Assembly: GCA_001775255.1 (NCBI GenBank)
Contig: MFCJ01000037.1
Location: 1 to 36,847 of the forward strand
Reading direction: 5' to 3'
Origin: Candidatus Dadabacteria bacterium RIFCSPHIGHO2_12_FULL_53_21
GTDB taxonomy: Bacteria > Desulfobacterota_D > UBA1144 > Nemesobacterales > UBA2774
DNA: 36,847 nucleotides
Positions 8,277 to 15,635 of the stretch are shown in pieces; the first letter of the stretch is position 1, and every line of letters starts with the position of its first letter. The notes under the pieces were generated by a model. That model did not search any database. It had not been told where the DNA came from and saw only the letters and a list, made by a program, of their open reading frames with translations. Position numbers and translations under genes: made by a program.

Positions 8277-10130
8277 ATGACGCCTATAAGCGAAGACTAT
8301 CTGATCCCGATTGTTATAGGCGTGACCGGCCGGAAAGGTGATTCCCCCGACGAGGAGCGAGTCTCCGCTCTGGCCCTCCCGGAGATGGTCAGGCTCAGGA
8401 ATACGTTTCCCAACTCCCCGTTCGTCGTAATATCTTCTCTCTCCGGGGGTGACGAATGCCTGCTCGCGAGGCTCGCGATCGAGCACCTTCGCGCCAGGCT
8501 TATAGCGGTACTTCCCTGCCCGCCCGGGCAGTATAAAAACGGGCTCCCGGATGGTAAATACAGGGAAGATTTCTCGGAGCTTCTAGGACGGGCCGAGTCG
8601 TCGATAGATATCTCATCGCTGATGAGGTATAAACTCGGCGGGACAGGGTACGGTTGGGCTGAGGACCGGGCAATGACCGAGAGATTCACCGCGGCCTTTA
8701 TCGCTGAGCACAGCGAAATCCTCTTCGCCATTTCATCCGTTGACGGAAAGGAAGAGCAGGACACGACGGCACGGATAATCAAATGGATACGCGAAGGCAG
8801 GATTACGCGGGAATACTCGCTCAGGATGAATAAGTCCGGCCTCGATACAATGGACAGGAGCATGATAATCTCAATCGACCCTGTGACCCTCCGGACGAAG
8901 ACGGAATCCGTTCCGGCCGACCTAGATTCCGTTCCGGTAATTTCCGGCCCTAAGAATCAATACGGCTTTCCCGGCGCAATATATAGAGCCGCTTCCCGAA
9001 AACTTTCCGGTCTCGTTCAATCCGTGAGTCTCTTTCTCGATAAACTTTATGATTCCTTTTTTAATCGTCCCGGTGCAGATATTACGGATGGCTATGAAAA
9101 ATCGCCCTTCACTGGCATTATGGAGAGGATCGACGGCTTTAACTCCGACATCAGGAATTACTTTGACAAATACGGCGACAAAGACCTCGTAAAATCCAAA
9201 CAGTATCTGCTTCAAAACGAATCGGATAACGAGTTGATATCCGGGGATGGGGCGCTCCGTAAAATAATTTGTCTTTACTCCGCGTCGGACGTATTGTCGC
9301 AATTCTATCAAAAGAAGACAGCGGGCCTTATCAGCTGGATTTACGTCCTCTTCTTTATAGCCGTCGTGCTCTATGGTCTCATCGACTGGAGCTCTTACCT
9401 AGTCCTTTGTTATATAGGGCTCATCCCCGCCATTGCGCTGCTCGTAAAAAAGACCTCGAGGGACAGGATCGAGGACCGCTTCCTCGATTACAGGGGGCTT
9501 GCGGAGGGGCTCCGGGTCCAGTTCTTCTGGACGCTCTCCGGGATTGACGAGAACGTGTCCTCGCATTACCTGAGCAAGTACGAGGGCCTGCTCACGTGGA
9601 TAAGAAAAGCAGTGAGAAGTATCGAGATTGTGACGGTAAGAACGGGGATTGCGGAACACGTTCCGGCAAACAATACGTTCATGGATATTACCAGGAAGCT
9701 ATGGATAGAATCCCAGCTGGGTTATTTCGGTACCAAGAAAAGACCACTCCTGGCGAGGTCCCAGCAGTTCGGCAATATTATGTTCTTGTCCTTCGTATTA
9801 ACCCTTTTGGTCGCTCTCGTGTACGGCATGTATGTTTTGTTTGCCGGGGTGGGCAATAGCGAGGCGATAAATAATTTTCAGATCCTCCTGGGCGTGATTG
9901 CCGCCGTGGGCGTAGCCGCTCAGGCATATAAAAACAAAAGGGCATACGATGAGCTCGAAAGGAGGTACAGCCTCGCTCAGCAGACATATGCCTCGGCGAA
10001 GAGGGAGCTCGAGATTGGCAAAGTGCCTCCGGAGAGTATCCTCATCGCGGTCGGCAGGGAGGCCCTTCTCGAGAACAGCGACTGGCTATGGACCCACAGG
10101 AATGTCCCCATAGAGGTGCCCAAAGGTTAG
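8277..10130 (+). CDS. SLOG-like (DprA/LOG-type Rossmann) domain fused to two 2-TM SLATT-like membrane modules; paralog A with degenerate nucleotide-binding motifs
   Basis: 617-aa ORF. N-terminal domain (aa ~8-200, nt ~8298-8876): IVIGVTGRK, VISSLSGGDECLLARLAIEH, IAVLPCPPGQYKNGL and ILFAISSVDGKEEQDTTARII, collinear with paralog B. 2-TM module 1 (aa ~330-425, nt ~9264-9551) ends in RIEDRFLDYRGLAEGLRVQFFW. 2-TM module 2 (aa ~470-600) starts WIESQLGYFGTKKR, and its hairpin is followed by YDELERRYSLAQQTYASAKRELE. The domain names are my motif-level recognition, not a search result. Confidence 0.6.
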   Translation: MTPISEDYLIPIVIGVTGRKGDSPDEERVSALALPEMVRLRNTFPNSPFVVISSLSGGDECLLARLAIEHLRARLIAVLPCPPGQYKNGLPDGKYREDFSELLGRAESSIDISSLMRYKLGGTGYGWAEDRAMTERFTAAFIAEHSEILFAISSVDGKEEQDTTARIIKWIREGRITREYSLRMNKSGLDTMDRSMIISIDPVTLRTKTESVPADLDSVPVISGPKNQYGFPGAIYRAASRKLSGLVQSVSLFLDKLYDSFFNRPGADITDGYEKSPFTGIMERIDGFNSDIRNYFDKYGDKDLVKSKQYLLQNESDNELISGDGALRKIICLYSASDVLSQFYQKKTAGLISWIYVLFFIAVVLYGLIDWSSYLVLCYIGLIPAIALLVKKTSRDRIEDRFLDYRGLAEGLRVQFFWTLSGIDENVSSHYLSKYEGLLTWIRKAVRSIEIVTVRTGIAEHVPANNTFMDITRKLWIESQLGYFGTKKRPLLARSQQFGNIMFLSFVLTLLVALVYGMYVLFAGVGNSEAINNFQILLGVIAAVGVAAQAYKNKRAYDELERRYSLAQQTYASAKRELEIGKVPPESILIAVGREALLENSDWLWTHRNVPIEVPKG

Positions 10131-10136
10131 AACGTT

Positions 10137-11921
10137 ATGAACGCGATCAAGAAAGTTGAATCCCCCCCGAAAGCCCGTCTCGCGGTCAGGGTCGGCGTTA
10201 CCGGCCACCGTCTGAACGGCCTCGATAAGGCCGATATCGCCGCGCTCAGGATGCGGGTGAACGAAGTCCTGAAGCATATAAGCGGCGTTGCCGGCGAGGT
10301 GAAGTCGTCATTCGAATCTTTGTATTCCGACGGCGGGCCGCCTGTACTGAGGATAATATCTCCTCTCGCGGAAGGAGCGGACACGCTCGTCGCGGAGGCA
10401 GCGCTTGCAGAAGGATTCGAGCTCCAGTGCGCGCTCCCTTTCGGCCGCCAGGAATATGAAAAGGATTTTGCGGACGGCCTATCCCTCGGCAAGTACCGGA
10501 CGCTCCTGGGGACCGCTGCCTCGATACTGGAGCTCGACGGTTCGCGGGCGACGCCCGAGGTCGAGAACGAGTCTTATCAGACCGTAGGCCGGATGGTACT
10601 CGCCCAGAGCGATGTGCTTATTGCGGTATGGGACGGAGAGGACGCGAAAGGGAAGGGAGGCACGGGTCAGATCGTGAAGGAAGCGCTCATTAACGAAATC
10701 CCCGTGGTTTGGATAAACTCCGGTGCCCCGCACGACATAATGGTGCTCATGGGAGGAGAATATGAGGGGTTTAAAAAAGCGAGCCTCCGAGAGCTGGAAC
10801 TCAGACTAAAGAGGGTCCTTAAACCCGAACACCCGAAGAAACCCGACCTCAGCCGTACGTACTTTGATGAAAAACAACCGACCTGGACATGGGGTTTCAT
10901 ATTCGAAGCCTTCTGCGATATATTCGCGCGGGATAGGGTAGATACCGGGGGGGCAAGGGTCGGGGATTTCAACGAATCATCAGAAACGGAATGGCAGAAG
11001 GTTTGGGACTCGTGTCCTGATTTTCCGCAGTCCGTGAAGGATCAGATTAACGAAAAATTCCTCGCTCACTACGCATGGGCCGATAGGCTCGCCAATTATT
11101 ATTCGAATATCTACAGGAGTTCTTTCCTGGCTAACTACCTGATGGCCGCTTTGGCGGTCTTATTCGCACTTCTTCCGCCAATACCGGGGTTTGAAAACCT
11201 GTGGGTACTCTGCGAGCTCGCTTTGATTATCATGATAATAGCAATCACGGCAGTAGGGAACCTGAAGCATTGGCACGAGAGGTGGATAGATTATAGGCTT
11301 CTATCGGAACAGATAAGGCATCTCAGGTTTCTCGCGCCTCTCGGCCTCACCACCCCGGCGTTCAGGGTGCCGGCCCATGATACATACGGAGACCCCAGGA
11401 GCTCGTGGGTAAACTGGCATTTCAGGGGGATTGTCCGAGAAGCGGGAATGGTAGGAACGAGGATAGACAGAGAATACCTCACATCCTACAGGGATTTCCT
11501 CTCGAAGCAGGAAATATCCGCCCAGATAGATTATCATAAACGCAACTCACCCCGCTTCCACAGGATCCATCACAATCTCCATCTAATTGGCGGGGGACTC
11601 TTCGTCCTCACTCTTATCGCGTGTTTAGCCCATCTGTATGTTCACAACGACCTGCTGACCATTCTGGCGGCCATATTGCCTGCATTCGGCGCTGCGTTCT
11701 ACGGTATCCGGACCCATGGGGAATTCGAGCTGATAGCGAAGCGGTCGGATGCCATGAGCGCCCATCTGGAGAACCTCAGGAACGAGATCGAAAAGACCGA
11801 TTTTGTACCATCTTACAGGCTCCTCGGCCAAATCGCTGAAGATACGGCGGAGGTAATGTCATCGGAAACACTAGACTGGAGGATTGTTTTTCAATCCAAG
11901 CGTTTGGTGTTGCCTGGGTAG
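10137..11921 (+). CDS. SLOG-like domain fused to two 2-TM SLATT-like membrane modules; paralog B with intact glycine-rich motifs
   Basis: 594-aa ORF starting 6 nt after paralog A. SLOG-like domain (aa ~14-205, nt ~10176-10751): VRVGVTGHR, IISPLAEGADTLVAEAALAEG, CALPFGRQEYEKDF and LIAVWDGEDAKGKGGTGQIV. The motif order parallels DprA (xVGTR / SGxAxGID..AH / AVLxxGxDxxYP). Module 1 (aa ~305-400): YYSNIYR, two TM helices, then HWHERWIDYRLLSEQIRHLRFL, resembling the DUF4231/SLATT W..YR..aE.L motif. Module 2 (aa ~450-590): QIDYHKRN, two TM helices, then AKRSDAMSAHLENLRNEIE. Confidence 0.65.
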   Translation: MNAIKKVESPPKARLAVRVGVTGHRLNGLDKADIAALRMRVNEVLKHISGVAGEVKSSFESLYSDGGPPVLRIISPLAEGADTLVAEAALAEGFELQCALPFGRQEYEKDFADGLSLGKYRTLLGTAASILELDGSRATPEVENESYQTVGRMVLAQSDVLIAVWDGEDAKGKGGTGQIVKEALINEIPVVWINSGAPHDIMVLMGGEYEGFKKASLRELELRLKRVLKPEHPKKPDLSRTYFDEKQPTWTWGFIFEAFCDIFARDRVDTGGARVGDFNESSETEWQKVWDSCPDFPQSVKDQINEKFLAHYAWADRLANYYSNIYRSSFLANYLMAALAVLFALLPPIPGFENLWVLCELALIIMIIAITAVGNLKHWHERWIDYRLLSEQIRHLRFLAPLGLTTPAFRVPAHDTYGDPRSSWVNWHFRGIVREAGMVGTRIDREYLTSYRDFLSKQEISAQIDYHKRNSPRFHRIHHNLHLIGGGLFVLTLIACLAHLYVHNDLLTILAAILPAFGAAFYGIRTHGEFELIAKRSDAMSAHLENLRNEIEKTDFVPSYRLLGQIAEDTAEVMSSETLDWRIVFQSKRLVLPG

Positions 11922-11938
11922 TCAATCACAGCTATAAT
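11910..11938 (+). promoter_or_regulatory. Candidate internal promoter for the TIR gene, embedded in the 3' end of the preceding gene
   Basis: TTGCCT (11910-11915), 17-nt spacer, perfect TATAAT (11933-11938). It is followed by a purine-rich SD region (GGAGGAGAGGGGGGA, 11956-11970) and the ATG at 11976. Confidence 0.4.
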
Positions 11939-11975
11939 CCTCCGGTATTTCCTCTGGAGGAGAGGGGGGAAACAG

Positions 11976-13349
11976 ATGGCTCACGATGTTTTTATCAGTC
12001 ACTCCGGAAAAGACAAACCCATAGCCGACGCCGTGTGCGCGACACTGGAAATCGGCGGCGTAAGGTGCTGGATCGCGCCGAGAGACATAGTGCCCGGCAC
12101 ACAGTGGGGCGAGGCGATTATAGATGCCATAAGCTCGAGCCGGGTCATGGTGCTCGTTTTCTCTTCCAATGCCAATGAATCCCAGCAGATCATCAGGGAA
12201 GTAGAACGCGCGGTCAGCAAGGGCATACCCGTTATCCCTTTCAGGGTCGAAGACGTCGACCCCAATAAATCCCTCGAATATTTCATAAGCGCACCGCACT
12301 GGCTCGATGCCTTGACCCCGCCCCTCGAAAAGCACCTGGAACAGCTTCTGTCCACAATAAAGCTGCTGCTCTCAAGACAAGGGGCGCGCACAGAACCTCC
12401 TTCCGACGGAGATACCGCGCGAGCAAGCGGAGCCACTCCATCCGGGCCCGAAAGGGCCGGTCGGGAGTCGGATACGCGCATTGAAACCATCAGGCCGCTC
12501 GAAAAGAAGGATTATTCCGGCGGAAAGTCTTTCCTCGAGGATAAAAAGAAGCTCGGCGGTCTAATAGCCCTAGTCCTGGTTTTAGGATTGGCCGGGTATC
12601 TGATTTTCGGCGGCGGTGACGACGGCAATGATGGGACGAACAATAATCAGAACCAGATCATACCGGGCCCGTCCAATCATTATCAGCCTCCCGTATATAC
12701 CCCGTCCCCTCCCGGTCCGTACGATAACGAAGGGAACTGGGGGGCTATAGCGATTGCGCCAAGCGGGGGCTGGGGTTTTTCCTCGAACATGTCCTCGAAA
12801 CAGGCGGCCGAGAAGGACGCTGTTGAAAGGTGCAGTCAATTCAATACGGGGTGCGAGGTCAGAATCTCGTTCAATACCTGTGCTGTCTATGCCACGGCCC
12901 CGGACGGGTCATACGGTTGGGCGACAAATACTACCGTCGATCTGGCGAGAAATAACGCGGTAAGCGAATGTCACAAGTATACGAATGATCTGTGCTCCTC
13001 GTTCATCGAATTGTGCGCCGACGGGAGCGTTAAGAGTGTCAATGAATGGGCTGCGATAGCGACTGCCGACAATGGGCAATACGGCGCCGCATGGAACTAT
13101 CCCACGCGGGTCCAGGCGGAAAAAGCGTCGGTCGATGAGTGTGCGAAGTACGGGCCCAACTGTCAGATGAGGATTTCGTTCACCGACTGCGGTGCTATAG
13201 CGAGGAGTGAGGACGGAGCTATCGGATGGGGCTATTATGCGGACATGAGCCAGGCGGTCAAGGCTGCGATGGATGAGTGCGACAACCGGGGCGAAAAACC
13301 CTGCAGCATCCTCACCCAGCTCTGCGCCGACGGGAGCGAGAGGAAATAA
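11976..13349 (+). CDS. TIR-domain protein with a single TM anchor and two extracytoplasmic DUF4189-like six-cysteine repeats
   Basis: 457-aa ORF. TIR (aa ~3-130, nt ~11982-12365): DVFISHSGKDK..., RVMVLVFSSNANESQQIIREVERAV (candidate catalytic Glu75, nt 12198-12200) and PHWLDA. An acidic/Pro-rich linker follows. TM helix LGGLIALVLVLGLAGYLIF (nt ~12552-12608). Repeat 1 is aa ~255-349 and repeat 2 is aa ~358-453; each starts W(G/A)AIA and each has 6 Cys with identical spacing (7-9-30-8-7). Confidence 0.75.
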   Translation: MAHDVFISHSGKDKPIADAVCATLEIGGVRCWIAPRDIVPGTQWGEAIIDAISSSRVMVLVFSSNANESQQIIREVERAVSKGIPVIPFRVEDVDPNKSLEYFISAPHWLDALTPPLEKHLEQLLSTIKLLLSRQGARTEPPSDGDTARASGATPSGPERAGRESDTRIETIRPLEKKDYSGGKSFLEDKKKLGGLIALVLVLGLAGYLIFGGGDDGNDGTNNNQNQIIPGPSNHYQPPVYTPSPPGPYDNEGNWGAIAIAPSGGWGFSSNMSSKQAAEKDAVERCSQFNTGCEVRISFNTCAVYATAPDGSYGWATNTTVDLARNNAVSECHKYTNDLCSSFIELCADGSVKSVNEWAAIATADNGQYGAAWNYPTRVQAEKASVDECAKYGPNCQMRISFTDCGAIARSEDGAIGWGYYADMSQAVKAAMDECDNRGEKPCSILTQLCADGSERK

Positions 13350-13364
13350 AGTAGTCCGGATTCT

Positions 13365-14204
13365 TCAATTGCCGGATTTTTTGACCGGCACGGCTTCCAT
13401 AACGACCTCGGGTGAATCACGGTCGTTCTCCAAACCCTCGTACCTCACCCATTTGTGCGGGGGGGCGACCGTAAACCAGAAGTAGGTCTTCGGGAAAAAG
13501 ACTTTGAACACATTGAGGGCGCCCAGCTTGGGGACGAGCTCGACTTTATAGCACTCGACTTCCCCGCCCGGCGTGTTTATCGTCTCACGCCCCTTCTGTT
13601 TGAATTCGACGTTATAGAGATCGGGCTCGTTAGTCAGGAATTGAGCTTTGACCGTATCGTCCGTACCGAAAGGGAGCGATCGGAGCGCAAGGACTATTCC
13701 CTCTACGATCATCAGGTCCCGTTCGGTCTCGAAAGATTCGTTTACAGAACCGTTGTTTTCGTGATCTTCCCTTACGAATGTCACCGTCCCCGCAGAGTCA
13801 TCCACCGTTTTCCTTTCTGTCATTACCAGATTCCCCTGCATGTCCCTGACTTCTGTCACCGCTTGTACGGGAGTAAACGCAGCCCCGGATTTCCACACCG
13901 AAACGGATTCCCATTTCATATCCCTCGTGTAAGGGTTTGTAAGTCCCTGCGCGTTTAGCACCAACCTTACCTTTGACTCGCCGCTTTCGATAAATTCATC
14001 CAGCGTCCAGGTCGCTTTCCATCTCGTCCCTCCTTCCTTGTAAGAGGTGATGAAGGAGCCTTCCTCTTTTTTACTCATAGGGGGTACGCTCATCGGATGC
14101 GCTTGGGGCGCGGCCATCAGTTGGGATAATAAAAAGAGCACGAGTATCACAATATCTCGCTTATATGATATGCGAATTGCACTGCGGCTGAGACCGGTAA
14201 CCAT
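13365..14204 (-). CDS. Exported beta-rich protein of unknown function (possibly DUF3108-like)
   Basis: 279-aa ORF with an N-terminal hydrophobic signal-like segment (IVILVLFLLSQLMAAPQA). It converges on the TIR gene with only 15 nt between the stop codons. The family assignment is weak. Confidence 0.55.
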   Translation of the reverse strand: MVTGLSRSAIRISYKRDIVILVLFLLSQLMAAPQAHPMSVPPMSKKEEGSFITSYKEGGTRWKATWTLDEFIESGESKVRLVLNAQGLTNPYTRDMKWESVSVWKSGAAFTPVQAVTEVRDMQGNLVMTERKTVDDSAGTVTFVREDHENNGSVNESFETERDLMIVEGIVLALRSLPFGTDDTVKAQFLTNEPDLYNVEFKQKGRETINTPGGEVECYKVELVPKLGALNVFKVFFPKTYFWFTVAPPHKWVRYEGLENDRDSPEVVMEAVPVKKSGN

Positions 14205-14360
14205 CGCTATTCTCCTGGATATTCCGGTATGATATCGATTAATTATTCCCGGGACGCTGAATTGTTATTATTCGGTCAATAATGCTAATATGTCAATACT
14301 TATTACAAGTCTGCCGAATCTGATATTAGAATATGCCTAGCCCTGGAGTCGGAGTGATAA

Positions 14361-15590
14361 TTGAAAAAATTTCTTAGAGGACATTATCTCATCCTCGGGA
14401 TAATCGCGGGCGTGATACTCGGCGGGATCGTCGGCTCGTTTTACCCCGAGACCGGCGTTAGAGTCGGGTTTCTCGGGAAGCTTTTTATAAACGCCTTGAA
14501 AATGATAGTGCTCCCGCTGATCCTGGTCTCGATAACGCTCAGCATCATGAAGGTCGAGAGGCTGGGGTCGCTCGGTCTCAGGACGTTCGTCTACTTTATC
14601 TCGACTACCGCCATCGCCGTTATTCTGGGCATAGTTCTCGTGAATCTGATACATCCCGGCGTAGGGGGCGCCGTACTCACGGGCGAGATACCGGAAATAA
14701 TAAAAGGAAAGGAGAATATGAGTATCGTCGAGGTGCTCTTATTGGAATTCGTTTCCCCTAACCTTTTCGAATCGGCTGTGAAATTCGACATACTCCCGCT
14801 CATCGTAGCGTCTATTTTATTCGGCGCCGCGTTCGCCGCGCTCGGAAGGGAAAACAAGCCGGTCGTCGAATTGTTCACCCTGCTCGACAAGGCCGTGATG
14901 AAGATAGTGCACTGGATAATGATATTCACCCCGCTCGGCATTTTCGGCCTCATAGCCGAGCGCATCGGCCTGGCCGGGGGCGGGAGCCAGGTGATCGCGC
15001 TTGCGGCCGAGCTCGGCAGGTATTTTCTGTGCGTGGTATTGGGGCTCTTCATACACGGGGTCATTATATTACCCATGATACTTTTTTTATTTTCCGGAAG
15101 AAACCCGCTCGAGTACGTTTCACATCTGGGCAGGGCGCTGCTCACTGCGTTCTCGACGGCTTCCTCCTCTGCCACGCTGCCCCTCACTATGGAAGGGGTG
15201 ATCGACGAGGCCGGGGTGAGTCCCAAGGTGGCGAGGTTCGTGCTTCCCCTGGGAGCGACCGTCAATATGGACGGGACTGCGCTCTACGAAGCTGTGGCGG
15301 CCATATTCATAGCCCAGAGCTACGGAATAGAATTGGGCATACCGCAGATGGTTGTTGTGTTTTTTACCGCAACGCTCGCGTCCATAGGGGCTGCGGGAAT
15401 ACCGGAAGCGGGGCTCGTGACGATGGTGCTCGTGCTCAAGTCGGTCGGACTTCCGATCGAGGGAATAGGGCTGATACTTGCGATAGACTGGCTTCTCGAC
15501 CGTTTCAGAACGACGATAAACGTCTGGGGTGATTGTGTCGGCGCAGCCGTTATAGACAAATATGAAAGTGAAGGACAGGGTAAAGTGTGA
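14361..15590 (+). CDS. Dicarboxylate/amino acid:cation symporter (DAACS/GltP family)
   Basis: 409-aa ORF with a TTG start and GGAG 7 nt upstream. Family motifs KMIVLPLI, SSSATLP and GATVNMDGTALYE are present, and the protein is polytopic. Confidence 0.88.
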   Translation: MKKFLRGHYLILGIIAGVILGGIVGSFYPETGVRVGFLGKLFINALKMIVLPLILVSITLSIMKVERLGSLGLRTFVYFISTTAIAVILGIVLVNLIHPGVGGAVLTGEIPEIIKGKENMSIVEVLLLEFVSPNLFESAVKFDILPLIVASILFGAAFAALGRENKPVVELFTLLDKAVMKIVHWIMIFTPLGIFGLIAERIGLAGGGSQVIALAAELGRYFLCVVLGLFIHGVIILPMILFLFSGRNPLEYVSHLGRALLTAFSTASSSATLPLTMEGVIDEAGVSPKVARFVLPLGATVNMDGTALYEAVAAIFIAQSYGIELGIPQMVVVFFTATLASIGAAGIPEAGLVTMVLVLKSVGLPIEGIGLILAIDWLLDRFRTTINVWGDCVGAAVIDKYESEGQGKV

Positions 15591-15635
15591 CGAGAGGCCG
15601 TGTAAATGTACCGGCGGTATTGCACTTCGGAGCAG

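Noticed and set aside
8017-8280. 87-aa ORF upstream of the SLOG-SLATT genes, considered as a fourth cassette gene.
   Set aside because: Its codon usage differs from all neighbouring genes, its SD is weak, and I recognise no motif. It is kept only as a regulatory-leader observation in the findings, not annotated as a CDS.
13355-13382. Hairpin TCCGG...CCGGA plus a T-run after the TIR gene, considered as a terminator.
   Set aside because: The stem is only 5 bp with a 12-nt loop, and the T-run is simply the Lys codons at the end of the convergent gene (…KKSGN). The evidence is insufficient.
7782-14204. Whether the SLOG/SLATT-TIR cassette sits on a mobile genomic island.
   Set aside because: I saw no integrase, transposase, tRNA, flanking direct repeats or obvious composition shift. 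The flanks are ordinary lipoprotein and exported-protein genes. This cannot be excluded without a comparative genome alignment.
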